From positions 5,395-69,394 of the forward strand of contig JANLTG010000043.1 of NCBI GenBank assembly GCA_031362805.1: a stretch of 64,000 bases of DNA. The letters run 5' to 3'. Both the position numbers and the translations under genes were made by a program. Positions 16,070 through 24,075 of this stretch are shown here, piece after piece (positions within the stretch are counted from its first letter, which is position 1; every line of letters begins with the position of its first letter). Under the pieces are notes generated by a model. That model worked only from the letters and a program-made list of their open reading frames with translations, did no database searches and was not told the origin of the DNA. This DNA comes from a bacterium. GTDB lineage: Bacteria > Verrucomicrobiota > Verrucomicrobiia > Limisphaerales > RI-55.

Positions 16070-16968
16070 TGAGATTGCAGACGCGACCGGTACCTATACA
16101 AAAACCAGCGAGCACGCAAGTTCGCATAAACGTCCTGCCAGTTGCCGGGAACGAGTTCCGTGAGCTTTCGGTGCAGCCCGAGCCCGAGCGCCAGTCGGCC
16201 GCGCCAGTTCAGGGGAACGTAGTACCGGGGAATTTCCACCAACTCAAACCCGTGATGTTTCTTGAAATCGCCCAAACTGCGTCGGCTCCAAACGCCATAC
16301 TGGAGCTGCACGATGCCCCGCTCGGCGCAGATTTCGATGGCCTTGGCGAGCAGCGCGTTGGTGGGAGACTTATCGCGATGAGCGACCAGCGAAATGATCT
16401 GCATAATGCTGGCAGATTTTCTATTCGGATGCAGGATCATCTTAATGAAACCGATAACTCCCCTTTCAAAAATGGCACTGATAAACAGGCTCCGATCCAT
16501 AAAGCTAGAATGGGCCCTCTTCAAGGTTTCGAAGTCTTTGCCGTAATGTTTTGACGGCCTGCCTTGAATCAGCGGCGACTCGTTGTAGATGGCATGAATG
16601 CCCCGGGCGAGTTCATCGCTGAATTCAACCGGTTGAATCGTGACCCCTTTCTTGCCCGCCTTTCGGACCACATTCCTCGTCTTATCGTTGACCTGCCGTT
16701 TCCACCAGTTTTCGTAGGTATCGATTCTCAGCACGGCGATTTTCTCCGGCAGGGATGGATAGCCGTATTCCCGGTCGGGCGTGGCTATTTGCTGCAGGAA
16801 CGAGAAGACGTCGACTCCAGAACCTTTCAAGTCTGATAGAAACATCCGGGGTTCTTCGACGTATTCGTGGTGCTCCGATCGCAATCGGGCAACGCGGGGA
16901 AAAATGCCCGAAACGGAGACGTCCTTGCCTTCGATGTTAATCCGGTTGCTTGGGGGTGCCAGAGTCAT
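16060..16968 (-). CDS. GNAT-fold FemAB/CelD-like (Acetyltransf_6-like) transferase, PEP-CTERM-locus type
   Basis: The ATG at 16968 gives MTLAPPSNRINIEGK.... The pattern KTRNVVRKAGKKGVTIQPVEF...IYNESP...GVIGFIKM...RDKSPTNALLAKAIEICAERGIVQLQYG...SLGDFKKHHGFELVEIPRYYVPL matches FemAB-related/CelD-like proteins of EPS loci. Its last 3 codons and stop lie inside the tRNA 5' end. Confidence 0.55.
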   Translation of the reverse strand: MTLAPPSNRINIEGKDVSVSGIFPRVARLRSEHHEYVEEPRMFLSDLKGSGVDVFSFLQQIATPDREYGYPSLPEKIAVLRIDTYENWWKRQVNDKTRNVVRKAGKKGVTIQPVEFSDELARGIHAIYNESPLIQGRPSKHYGKDFETLKRAHSSFMDRSLFISAIFERGVIGFIKMILHPNRKSASIMQIISLVAHRDKSPTNALLAKAIEICAERGIVQLQYGVWSRRSLGDFKKHHGFELVEIPRYYVPLNWRGRLALGLGLHRKLTELVPGNWQDVYANLRARWFLYRYRSRLQSQGL

Positions 16969-17008
16969 TGTCTTCAAAGCGAATGCGGGCCTTACCGTCA
17001 GACGGCGC

Positions 17009-18334
17009 TTACCAACAAATGCCGTAATACTCGCAACCGTTCCACTGGTTGGAGTCCACGATTCTCACCAGGTCGATCACCAGCTTTCCGGGCGTGAGGA
17101 ACTCCAAGGCCTGCCTGAAAGACTCCTCCTTGTGGCTAATCACAATCACGTCACTTTGCTCAACGAGGTCCCGGGCTGAAGAGCACATCAGGTTCGAGAT
17201 ATGGGGGATTTCCTTTTCGATATACTCCTTGTTCGCGCCGATCAACCGCGCGAGCGACACGTGCTGGTCATAGATCTTGATGGTGAACCCCTTGCCCAGC
17301 ATGGTTTCGATCACCTCAACAATCGGGCTGGAACGCAAATCGTCGGTGCCACCCTTGAAACTCAGCCCCAGGAAGCCGAGCGACCGGCCCTTGCAGCTCA
17401 ACAGCTTATTCACGACCCGCCCGATCTGGCGGCTGTTGCTTTCGAGCACGGCGTTGAGCATGGGAACGTCGAGGTCCATAGCCCGCGCTTCGTGCGTGAT
17501 CGCCTTCAGGTCTTTCGGGAGGCAGGAGCCGCCAAACGCGAAACCGGGTTTCAAGTAGTAGGGCGAGAGGTTGAGCTTGGTGTCCTGACAGAAAATGTTC
17601 ATGACGGCGTGGCTATCCACATTCGCTTCCTTGCAAATATTGCCAATTTCATTGGCGAAAGTGACTTTGACCGCATGGAAGCAGTTGTCAGCGTACTTGA
17701 CCATTTCGGCAACTCTCAGCTCGGTGTGGATCAGCGGCCCTGGAATCTTCGTATAAAGCGCGGCGAGCGCCTTCCCGGACGCTTCGTCATACTGGCCGAT
17801 GACGGTTTTGGGCGGATTGTAGAAGTCGTAAATCGAAGTGCCTTCGCGCAAGAATTCCGGATGCATACACAGGCCGAAATCCCGGCCCACCTTCCTGCCG
17901 GACGATTGCTCGAGCGTCGGAATGACGATGCTGTCCATCGTGCCCGGCATGACCGTGCTGCGAATGACGACCGTGAATCGACCCGGATGCGAGGCGAGGG
18001 CGGTGCCGATCTGTTCACAAACACGCTGCACGTAGCGGAGGTCGATGCTGCCGTTTGACCGGCTCGGGGTACCAACGCACACCAACGCAAGTTCCGAGTC
18101 GTGAATCGCCGCGGTCCAGTCGCTGGTAGCCACGAATGAGCCAGCGCCAACGACTTTGGCCATGAGAGTGTCGATATCCTTTTCGATGATCGGGCTCTTG
18201 CCGCTATTGATGAGATCGACTTTAACTTGATTGGGCTCGACGCCCAGAACCTTGTGTCCCAGCTCGGCAAAGCAAGCGCCGGTCACACACCCCACATAAC
18301 CCATGCCGAAGATACAGACTCGCATACTTGTCAT
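17009..18334 (-). CDS. Nucleotide-sugar 6-dehydrogenase (GDP-mannose dehydrogenase AlgD-like / UDP-glucose dehydrogenase family)
   Basis: 441 aa. The N-terminal Rossmann segment MRVCIFGMGYVGCVTGACFAELGHKVLGVEPNQVKVDLINSGKSPIIEKDI looks closer to AlgD than to Ugd by eye. The catalytic region reads GFAFGGSCLPKD. Confidence 0.8.
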   Translation of the reverse strand: MTSMRVCIFGMGYVGCVTGACFAELGHKVLGVEPNQVKVDLINSGKSPIIEKDIDTLMAKVVGAGSFVATSDWTAAIHDSELALVCVGTPSRSNGSIDLRYVQRVCEQIGTALASHPGRFTVVIRSTVMPGTMDSIVIPTLEQSSGRKVGRDFGLCMHPEFLREGTSIYDFYNPPKTVIGQYDEASGKALAALYTKIPGPLIHTELRVAEMVKYADNCFHAVKVTFANEIGNICKEANVDSHAVMNIFCQDTKLNLSPYYLKPGFAFGGSCLPKDLKAITHEARAMDLDVPMLNAVLESNSRQIGRVVNKLLSCKGRSLGFLGLSFKGGTDDLRSSPIVEVIETMLGKGFTIKIYDQHVSLARLIGANKEYIEKEIPHISNLMCSSARDLVEQSDVIVISHKEESFRQALEFLTPGKLVIDLVRIVDSNQWNGCEYYGICW

Positions 18335-19459
18335 TTAGTTGGCTATCGTTTTTGCATCGCACTTTGTCGTCTTTGCCTGCCTGTCACCCGGACAGACGGA
18401 CTCGACTGCTTTGAGAAAACTTTGGAACATCCCCTCGGTCGATGCTTCACGAAAAATGTCCTGCCGTGCCTGCCGTGAAAATTCAGCTCGCACCGCGTCG
18501 TTATCGAGGAGATACAGAATTCGTTCCTTCAGTTGGATAATGTCGTCTTCAGGGACCATGAAGCCGTTACGACCTGACGTCAGGCAATGAATTTCCGGCG
18601 GCTGCATGCCCTGCTCCGTAATGACAGGCAGGCTCCAGTAGAACGCTTGGTTCAAACCCAGGCCTACATGTCCTGGCACGACGAACAGATCGGCGGCCTT
18701 GAACAGCCGACTGATCTGCAGGTCTTCAGGATCGTAAAGCTCTCCCAGGTAAACTGTGTTCTTTGGGTTGATTCTGGCTTGGAGCGGCTTTGGCATTCCG
18801 GCGCCAACGATCACCGCTCCGATGTCGTCGCGGTCCAGTTGACGGAACACCTCGATCAGATGCTCGACCTTCTTACGTTCACCATTGAGTCCCATCGTGC
18901 CGGTGAAAAGCACAAATTTCCGGAAGCGGATACCCAGTGCCGCTTTGATTTGATCCTTTGTCTCACGAATTTCCGGGATGTCCTCGAAATTCATGGTGTT
19001 GTTAGCAGGAACCGCCTTCCGCCGGTGGGCGGGCTTCAGAAACTCCAGCTGATTTGCCGAATAGAGCAGGATGCCGTCACTTAGTGAATGAACGTAGTTT
19101 GACAAGACCCGGCGCAAAAGGCCCTCCGGTTCGTCAAGGTTGACACCCTTTGACCAATAAACGACAGGTATTCCCTTCCACTTGAGCCAATGGATGAGCG
19201 GCCAAAGGATGCGTTCCTTCAAATGAACAAAGAGGATGACCACGTCGGGCTTCCTATCCTCAACCAGCTTCATATAGCGCCGGAATTTGAAAGGCGCCTG
19301 GTGCAATTCAAACTGAATGGGCCGCTGATTTTGGGGCGGCACCGAATTTGTGAGCACCTTCAAATCCCAGCCGTTCTCTCGGAAGCGCCGCCAGAAATAG
19401 TTGTACAGCGACACCCGATAGTGCAGGAGCTTACCGGAGACTAGGAGGACGGTTTTCAT
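18335..19459 (-). CDS. GT-B fold glycosyltransferase (GT4-like)
   Basis: 374 aa. The C-terminal half carries the GT1/GT4 motif (...DLFVVPGHVGLGLNQAFYWSLPVITE...NGFMVPEDD...). Confidence 0.65.
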   Translation of the reverse strand: MKTVLLVSGKLLHYRVSLYNYFWRRFRENGWDLKVLTNSVPPQNQRPIQFELHQAPFKFRRYMKLVEDRKPDVVILFVHLKERILWPLIHWLKWKGIPVVYWSKGVNLDEPEGLLRRVLSNYVHSLSDGILLYSANQLEFLKPAHRRKAVPANNTMNFEDIPEIRETKDQIKAALGIRFRKFVLFTGTMGLNGERKKVEHLIEVFRQLDRDDIGAVIVGAGMPKPLQARINPKNTVYLGELYDPEDLQISRLFKAADLFVVPGHVGLGLNQAFYWSLPVITEQGMQPPEIHCLTSGRNGFMVPEDDIIQLKERILYLLDNDAVRAEFSRQARQDIFREASTEGMFQSFLKAVESVCPGDRQAKTTKCDAKTIAN

Positions 19460-19509
19460 GAAGGATCAGCCTTGATACTTCGTTAACCAGGCCGACGCGT
19501 GGGCCACGA

Positions 19510-20715
19510 TCAGGATGCAACCGCCGCAACTTTGGCCGACACGGCACTCATCTGTGAATGCTGATGCTGATCGAGCAGCGCCAAGGCGGCGAACATGGTG
19601 GCCTGGCCCCAATGCAGCGTTGGCGTCTTGTTGGTGATCAGAGGGTACTTGCGATAATAAAAGTAACCAGCTTTGTCCTGCATGTGTTTGATGGTCCATT
19701 CCGCCACGTTAACGGCGGTGGGAACGCTGGCGGGATGCAGATCGCGCAAGTTGACGAGCGTCTGGATGGCTTGCGAAGCGCATTGGATATCAATCGGCAG
19801 CGTTTTGTAATCGTAGTAACGCGGAGTGCCGTCGGGCAGAAAGAAGGTATGAACGAAATATTCATAGCCTCGCTTGAGCGCGGGCTCGTACCTGGTGGCA
19901 CCGGTCGCGCGGATAAAAATGGCAAGCGCTTCGAGCACATAGCCCGTATGGAAGGAATCGATCCACTTCCATTTCTCGCCCACCCCATAGTACCAGGCAC
20001 CCGCTTCCGTCTGATGATGCAACGTGTATTGAATCGCGCGCTCGGCCAACTCGCGATAGCGTGGGTTGGGCGAAAAGGAGTTTACACGCGCCAACAGGCT
20101 CGCACCGATCATGCTCGAATTATGCACCAGGATGTTTGCGTTGGGATAATACTGAAGGAGGATACCTTCCGGAAACTCAAGCCATCCCAGTTCGTCGAGA
20201 ATGAAGTCACAGGCGCTCCGGGCGACTTCCAGGTAGCTCCGGTCGTCCAGCAGCTCGTAGGCATCAAGAAACGCGTGAGCAATCAATCCGGTCCAGACGA
20301 TGGTGGGTGTGCCCTTGGAAATGTTACCGCCGCGCGATTGATAATCGAAGTGGTTGCCCCAGGAGAAACCCTTGAATTGCGGGCAGCGGTTCTCGATCAG
20401 CCATTGCAGGCAAAACTTCGCCTTCTTCAGGAATAACGGATCACCGTGCGCCTGGTAACGGCGCAAGTAGCCCTGGGCGAAAAAGCCCATGCCCTTGGTG
20501 CTCATGCCGGGCTTGATACCCAACAAGGGCCGAAGGTTCAGGGGAAACCGCCGCACGCCCTGCTGCCAGGCGATTTTCAGCAGGGGGTGACCGAGAGTGA
20601 CGAAGGGGGCCAAGGGCGACGACAAGCCATCAAAGGTGTCGTAAGCCTTCCAATCGGCCGCCTCGACCCAACGATCAAGCCGGGTCAACGAATCGTGTAT
20701 ATTCTGGTGCTGCAT
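19510..20715 (-). CDS. Hypothetical protein, probable (alpha/alpha)6-barrel polysaccharide-modifying enzyme
   Basis: The ATG at 20715 gives MQHQNIHDSL.... W/Y/H-rich repeating helix-pair motifs are present (GFSWGNHFDYQSRGG..., WKWIDSFHTGYVLEAL, HWGQATMFAALA). The family was not recognised. Confidence 0.3.
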   Translation of the reverse strand: MQHQNIHDSLTRLDRWVEAADWKAYDTFDGLSSPLAPFVTLGHPLLKIAWQQGVRRFPLNLRPLLGIKPGMSTKGMGFFAQGYLRRYQAHGDPLFLKKAKFCLQWLIENRCPQFKGFSWGNHFDYQSRGGNISKGTPTIVWTGLIAHAFLDAYELLDDRSYLEVARSACDFILDELGWLEFPEGILLQYYPNANILVHNSSMIGASLLARVNSFSPNPRYRELAERAIQYTLHHQTEAGAWYYGVGEKWKWIDSFHTGYVLEALAIFIRATGATRYEPALKRGYEYFVHTFFLPDGTPRYYDYKTLPIDIQCASQAIQTLVNLRDLHPASVPTAVNVAEWTIKHMQDKAGYFYYRKYPLITNKTPTLHWGQATMFAALALLDQHQHSQMSAVSAKVAAVAS

Positions 20716-20734
20716 GTAGCGGAATGCCTTACAA

Positions 20735-21970
20735 TCACAGGGAAGCGTAGGCGGCCAACAGGTTCTTGCTGACCACCGACCACTGAAGCTCCTTTTCGAC
20801 ACGCTCACGGCCAAAGCGACCCATCTGCTCGCGGCGAATAGGGTCATCCATCAGCGCGGCGGTGGCCCCGGCAAAGGCCAGTTCGTCGTTGCAGGGGACA
20901 TATACCGCAGCGTCCTGCGCAGAGTAACGGGTCTCCCTGAGATCGAAGGTCACGATTGGCTTGCCGCAAGCCATGTATTCCATGACCTTGATCCACGTGG
21001 AGACGTCATTGAGCGGGCTCGACGGATCGGGGTCCATGCAAATGTCCGCCGCGGCCAAGTTCGCCTGAAGGTCCTCGTCGGAAATCCAGCCGGTCAGCTC
21101 GACGAATTTCTCCAACTTCAAAGTCCGGGTCAAGGCGCGCAAGTCCTCGAGCGAATCGCCACTGCCCATGATGACGCAGTAAAAATCTTCGCGCTTCAGA
21201 TCGTAGACGAGGTGTTTTAGCGAGCGGATGAGGTAATCCACGCCGTCCTGGGGATTCAGGCTGCCAATATAGACGAGAATGGTCTTGCCCAAGGCGCGCA
21301 GCCGCGGGGTCGGGGTGGCAATCTGCATGCGCTTCTGGTTGGGACCGTTCCGGACCACAAAAATGTGCTCGGGCTGGCGATGACCGCGCTGGATCTGGAT
21401 CGCCTTGTAAGACTCGTTGGTCGCGATGAGCACGTTGGCGAGCTTCAGATTGAACCATTCGATCCACTGCAACACGGTCGCGACGAAGTCGTGCGTCGCA
21501 CCATAGCGGGAGCGGTACAACTCCGGGCAGAGGTCGTGATGATCGAAGATGTATTTTTTCCCGAGCAACCGCCAAGGCAGGGCAGCGGCCCAAAGGGTAT
21601 CCGGAGGATTATGGGCATGAATCACGTCAAAGCCGTGCTTGCAGGCGACATAGATACTCATCAAAAAGCACGCGCTGGAGAAGTAAACGTATTCGCTGAC
21701 ATAGCCGACCAGCGACCGAAGCTTGAGGCTTAGGCGCTGGAAAAGCGTCGGGTTATCCGTCGGCGTCTTCTGAAAGAGTTCGAGGCGCGGCAACCGATAG
21801 ACCTGGACGCCCTTGACCACCTCAGAGCGGCTCTGGCCGGGCTTCCGCATGCCAATGACGGTCACGGAATACCCGGCTTCCGTCAGGGCATCGGCTTCGT
21901 TCTTGACCCGCGTATCGTTGGGATACGCGTTTTCGACGAACATCAGGACTCTACGGGCGGAAGCGTTCAT
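20735..21970 (-). CDS. Family 4 glycosyltransferase (group 1)
   Basis: 411 aa. RVLMFVENAYPNDTRVKNEADAL... is followed by the C-terminal EX7E-type region (ICMDPDPSSPLNDVSTWIKVMEYMACGKPIVTFDL). Confidence 0.8.
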   Translation of the reverse strand: MNASARRVLMFVENAYPNDTRVKNEADALTEAGYSVTVIGMRKPGQSRSEVVKGVQVYRLPRLELFQKTPTDNPTLFQRLSLKLRSLVGYVSEYVYFSSACFLMSIYVACKHGFDVIHAHNPPDTLWAAALPWRLLGKKYIFDHHDLCPELYRSRYGATHDFVATVLQWIEWFNLKLANVLIATNESYKAIQIQRGHRQPEHIFVVRNGPNQKRMQIATPTPRLRALGKTILVYIGSLNPQDGVDYLIRSLKHLVYDLKREDFYCVIMGSGDSLEDLRALTRTLKLEKFVELTGWISDEDLQANLAAADICMDPDPSSPLNDVSTWIKVMEYMACGKPIVTFDLRETRYSAQDAAVYVPCNDELAFAGATAALMDDPIRREQMGRFGRERVEKELQWSVVSKNLLAAYASL

Positions 21971-22216
21971 AAGAAAGGACCCAGCGATTCAAAAGCATGC
22001 ACCAATCTCGTGCCACCGAATAGTCCAAGACAGGCTGGAATAACTATGCACCGGAGTTCACGCCGAGACCGCGGTTTCGCGGCGACCCACTCACAGGAAG
22101 CAGCCGTACGGCCATTCAGATATCTGCGAGGCCCAAGCATTTGACCTCACGCAGTCTTCCGCTAACGCGACTCCCGCAGGCGAGATCAAAGCAAAGTCAA
22201 TCGGCCTTTGGTCGCG

Positions 22217-23323
22217 CTAAAATCCGAGGCAGACTGGCGCGCTAAACTCGCGAGAGGATAGCCGGGGACCCTTGGTTGGTGACGTAGTTTTCAGGCCCGG
22301 CGCAGCCTTTCGAAAATGAGCCGCAACAGACCGGGGTAGGATACGGGCAAACTGATCGTCGAAAGTGGCGGTGACCCACACCAGGAATTCGCGGTACAAA
22401 TCCGCTGAATACTCGCCAGTTGGAACCGTTCCATCAAACGCCATGTAGTCCGGATGCACATTCATCAAGGCCATACCGCCCTGTGATGCAATCCAAGTCA
22501 GTTTGCGCTTCCAAAGTTCATTTGTTGGTTCCTTCAAAAGCAGGAACAGCGTGAAATCCTGCGGGAGAGTGTAGGGGAGTTCGAGGTAGCCGGCCTCCAA
22601 AAGCGGAGAGCTGAAAGCAGAAAGCGGAGATGCAGAATCCGAGGACGAGGACGTGCCTGAAAGCGGAAAGCGGAAAGCTGAAAGCGGAAATGTTGAATCC
22701 GAGGACGAGGACGATTGGCGGGGGACCCAGAAGGGGAAGATGGTGCCGACGCCGTCGGGTTGGGGCTCGAAAGGATCCGTGTCGAAGGTGGAGGCATCGT
22801 AGGCGATATCCAAACCATGCAACCATTCGAGGTTGCGCAACATGAAACCGGAGCGAAAACCAACAGCCCCCCATTCTTTGAGCCGGCGATTAATCTCCCG
22901 GGTGCTGGCCTGGAATCTTTCGTGCGACGAGTAAAGTTTGCCGTCGTGGCGGTGATCGTGAACGCCCACTTCAAAGCCGTTAGAGGTGAGCCAACTGCGC
23001 AACTCAGCTGGGACTTGGTATTCGCCGTCAGGTATGAAATTAAACGAGGAACGAAACCCCAAGGACATCTCCAGTTCGGCCAGGTGCTTCACGCGGTCGA
23101 GGCCTTTCTGGCTTTCGACGTCGTGAGTGAGGACTAGGGCGAAGTCCTTGCCGTCGGGCCAACCAAGCCAGCCAACGGGTGGCCGTTCAGAACCGGGCAA
23201 GATCGGCCAGGTCGCGGACACCCGAGGCCGCTTGCGCAGTGCAAACCAACGCCGAATCCCGAGGCGCAGGCGCCAGGGAAGGAGCGGCTTTACTACGTAG
23301 TAGAAGCGGGTGAAAGGAGACAT
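22217..23323 (-). CDS. Polysaccharide deacetylase-like protein (PEP-CTERM-locus type) carrying a 39-codon in-frame repeat insertion
   Basis: The ATG is at 23323 (the track uses a TTG at 23329). FALVLTHDVESQKGL...FEVGVHDHRHDG... indicates a deacetylase barrel, and the C-terminal half resumes after the insertion (GYLELPYTLPQDF...MALMNVHPDY). Confidence 0.65.
   Translation of the reverse strand: MSPFTRFYYVVKPLLPWRLRLGIRRWFALRKRPRVSATWPILPGSERPPVGWLGWPDGKDFALVLTHDVESQKGLDRVKHLAELEMSLGFRSSFNFIPDGEYQVPAELRSWLTSNGFEVGVHDHRHDGKLYSSHERFQASTREINRRLKEWGAVGFRSGFMLRNLEWLHGLDIAYDASTFDTDPFEPQPDGVGTIFPFWVPRQSSSSSDSTFPLSAFRFPLSGTSSSSDSASPLSAFSSPLLEAGYLELPYTLPQDFTLFLLLKEPTNELWKRKLTWIASQGGMALMNVHPDYMAFDGTVPTGEYSADLYREFLVWVTATFDDQFARILPRSVAAHFRKAAPGLKTTSPTKGPRLSSREFSAPVCLGF
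22598..22714. repeat. Two tandem copies of the purine-heptad module inserted in-frame in a CDS
   Basis: Plus strand: CAAAAGCGGAGAGCTGAAAGCAGAAAGCGGAGATGCAGAATCCGAGGACGAGGACG followed by ..CTGAAAGCGGAAAGCGGAAAGCTGAAAGCGGAAATGTTGAATCCGAGGACGAGGACG. Length is 117 nt, which is 39 codons. It encodes SSSSSDSTFPLSAFRFPLSG-TSSSSDSASPLSAFSSPLL. Confidence 0.85.
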
Positions 23324-23419
23324 GTTCAAAAGCAGAAAACTGAAAGCTGAAAGCAGAAATGAACTGCTGACCGGAGGCTGTTCAAAAGCAGAAAACTGAA
23401 AGCGGAAATTAAATGCGGT

Positions 23420-23791
23420 TCAGTTTCCTGAATTACCTTTGGTGTTCTTAACCATGGTTACGAAGATGGCGATCAGCTCGCCGGCCTCGGCCAAGAGACC
23501 TTCCAACGCTGGGTCGGCAATGGCGCAATCATCCCGCAGCAACTCGAGCCACAGCTGCGACTCGTCCGCCTCTTGGGCTGCGCCTTCCAGCTTGGAGCAG
23601 AATTCGGCAGCGGAGCGGGCTCGTCCCGCCTCCCGAACTTGAGCGGCAACGGAAGTGCCGGAGCGCAAGAGTTGACGGCCAAGCACTCTGACCTCTTCGC
23701 GTTCCCTCGGGAGCGCCACGAAAAACCGAATGACCCCCGAGGCAAACCTCTTTGTTCGGTCCCGAAACTCGTGGGATAGGCGGCCGGACAT
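23420..23791 (-). CDS. Four-helix-bundle protein (23S rRNA intervening-sequence protein / Avd-like family)
   Basis: MSGRLSHEFRDRTKRFASGVIRFFVALPREREEVRVLGRQLLRSGTSVAAQVREAGRARSAAEFCSKLEGAAQEADESQLWLELL... is the classic signature of this family. The ATG at 23791 directly abuts a repeat module. Confidence 0.85.
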   Translation of the reverse strand: MSGRLSHEFRDRTKRFASGVIRFFVALPREREEVRVLGRQLLRSGTSVAAQVREAGRARSAAEFCSKLEGAAQEADESQLWLELLRDDCAIADPALEGLLAEAGELIAIFVTMVKNTKGNSGN

Positions 23792-24075
23792 AATCAAAAG
23801 CAGAAAACGGAAAACTGAAAACGGAAAGTGGAAATGTTAAACCGCAGATGAGCAGGAGAAGGAGAAAAGGAGCGGTGGAGTGAGCGAGGCGGACAAAACA
23901 TCCAACATCCAACATCCAACGTTCAACTTCGAGGGCAAGGCGCGCCCGGAGGATCGCGCCCCACCTGGAGTGAGGTTAACGTCCGTCGCGAGGCGCGCCG
24001 GATGGCAGCCGGGGCGGCCGCGCTCCCCGGTTCAAAAGCGGAAATGCCGACGGTCATAGACCGCCGCTACAGGGG
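23792..24075. repeat. Mosaic repeat spacer
   Basis: Contains CAAAAGC heptads, TTAAACCGCAGATG, AACATCC/AACGTTC heptads and GGCGCGCCCGGAGGATCGCGCCCCACCTGG (identical to the copy at 31058-31087). It also contains the GCGCGCCGGATGGCAGCCG..GCGCTCCCCGGTTCAAAAGCGG element. Confidence 0.85.

Noticed and set aside
2106-18334. Interpreting the locus as an alginate cluster because of the AlgI-like MBOAT and AlgD-like dehydrogenase
   Set aside because: No Alg8/Alg44 synthase, AlgG epimerase, AlgK/E export or AlgL lyase homologues are present. The locus instead has Wzx/Wzy/Wzc-type machinery and a priming phosphotransferase.
23420-24075. Diversity-generating retroelement around the Avd-like four-helix-bundle gene
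   Set aside because: No reverse transcriptase ORF anywhere in the window. No template/variable repeat pair with adenine-specific differences could be seen.
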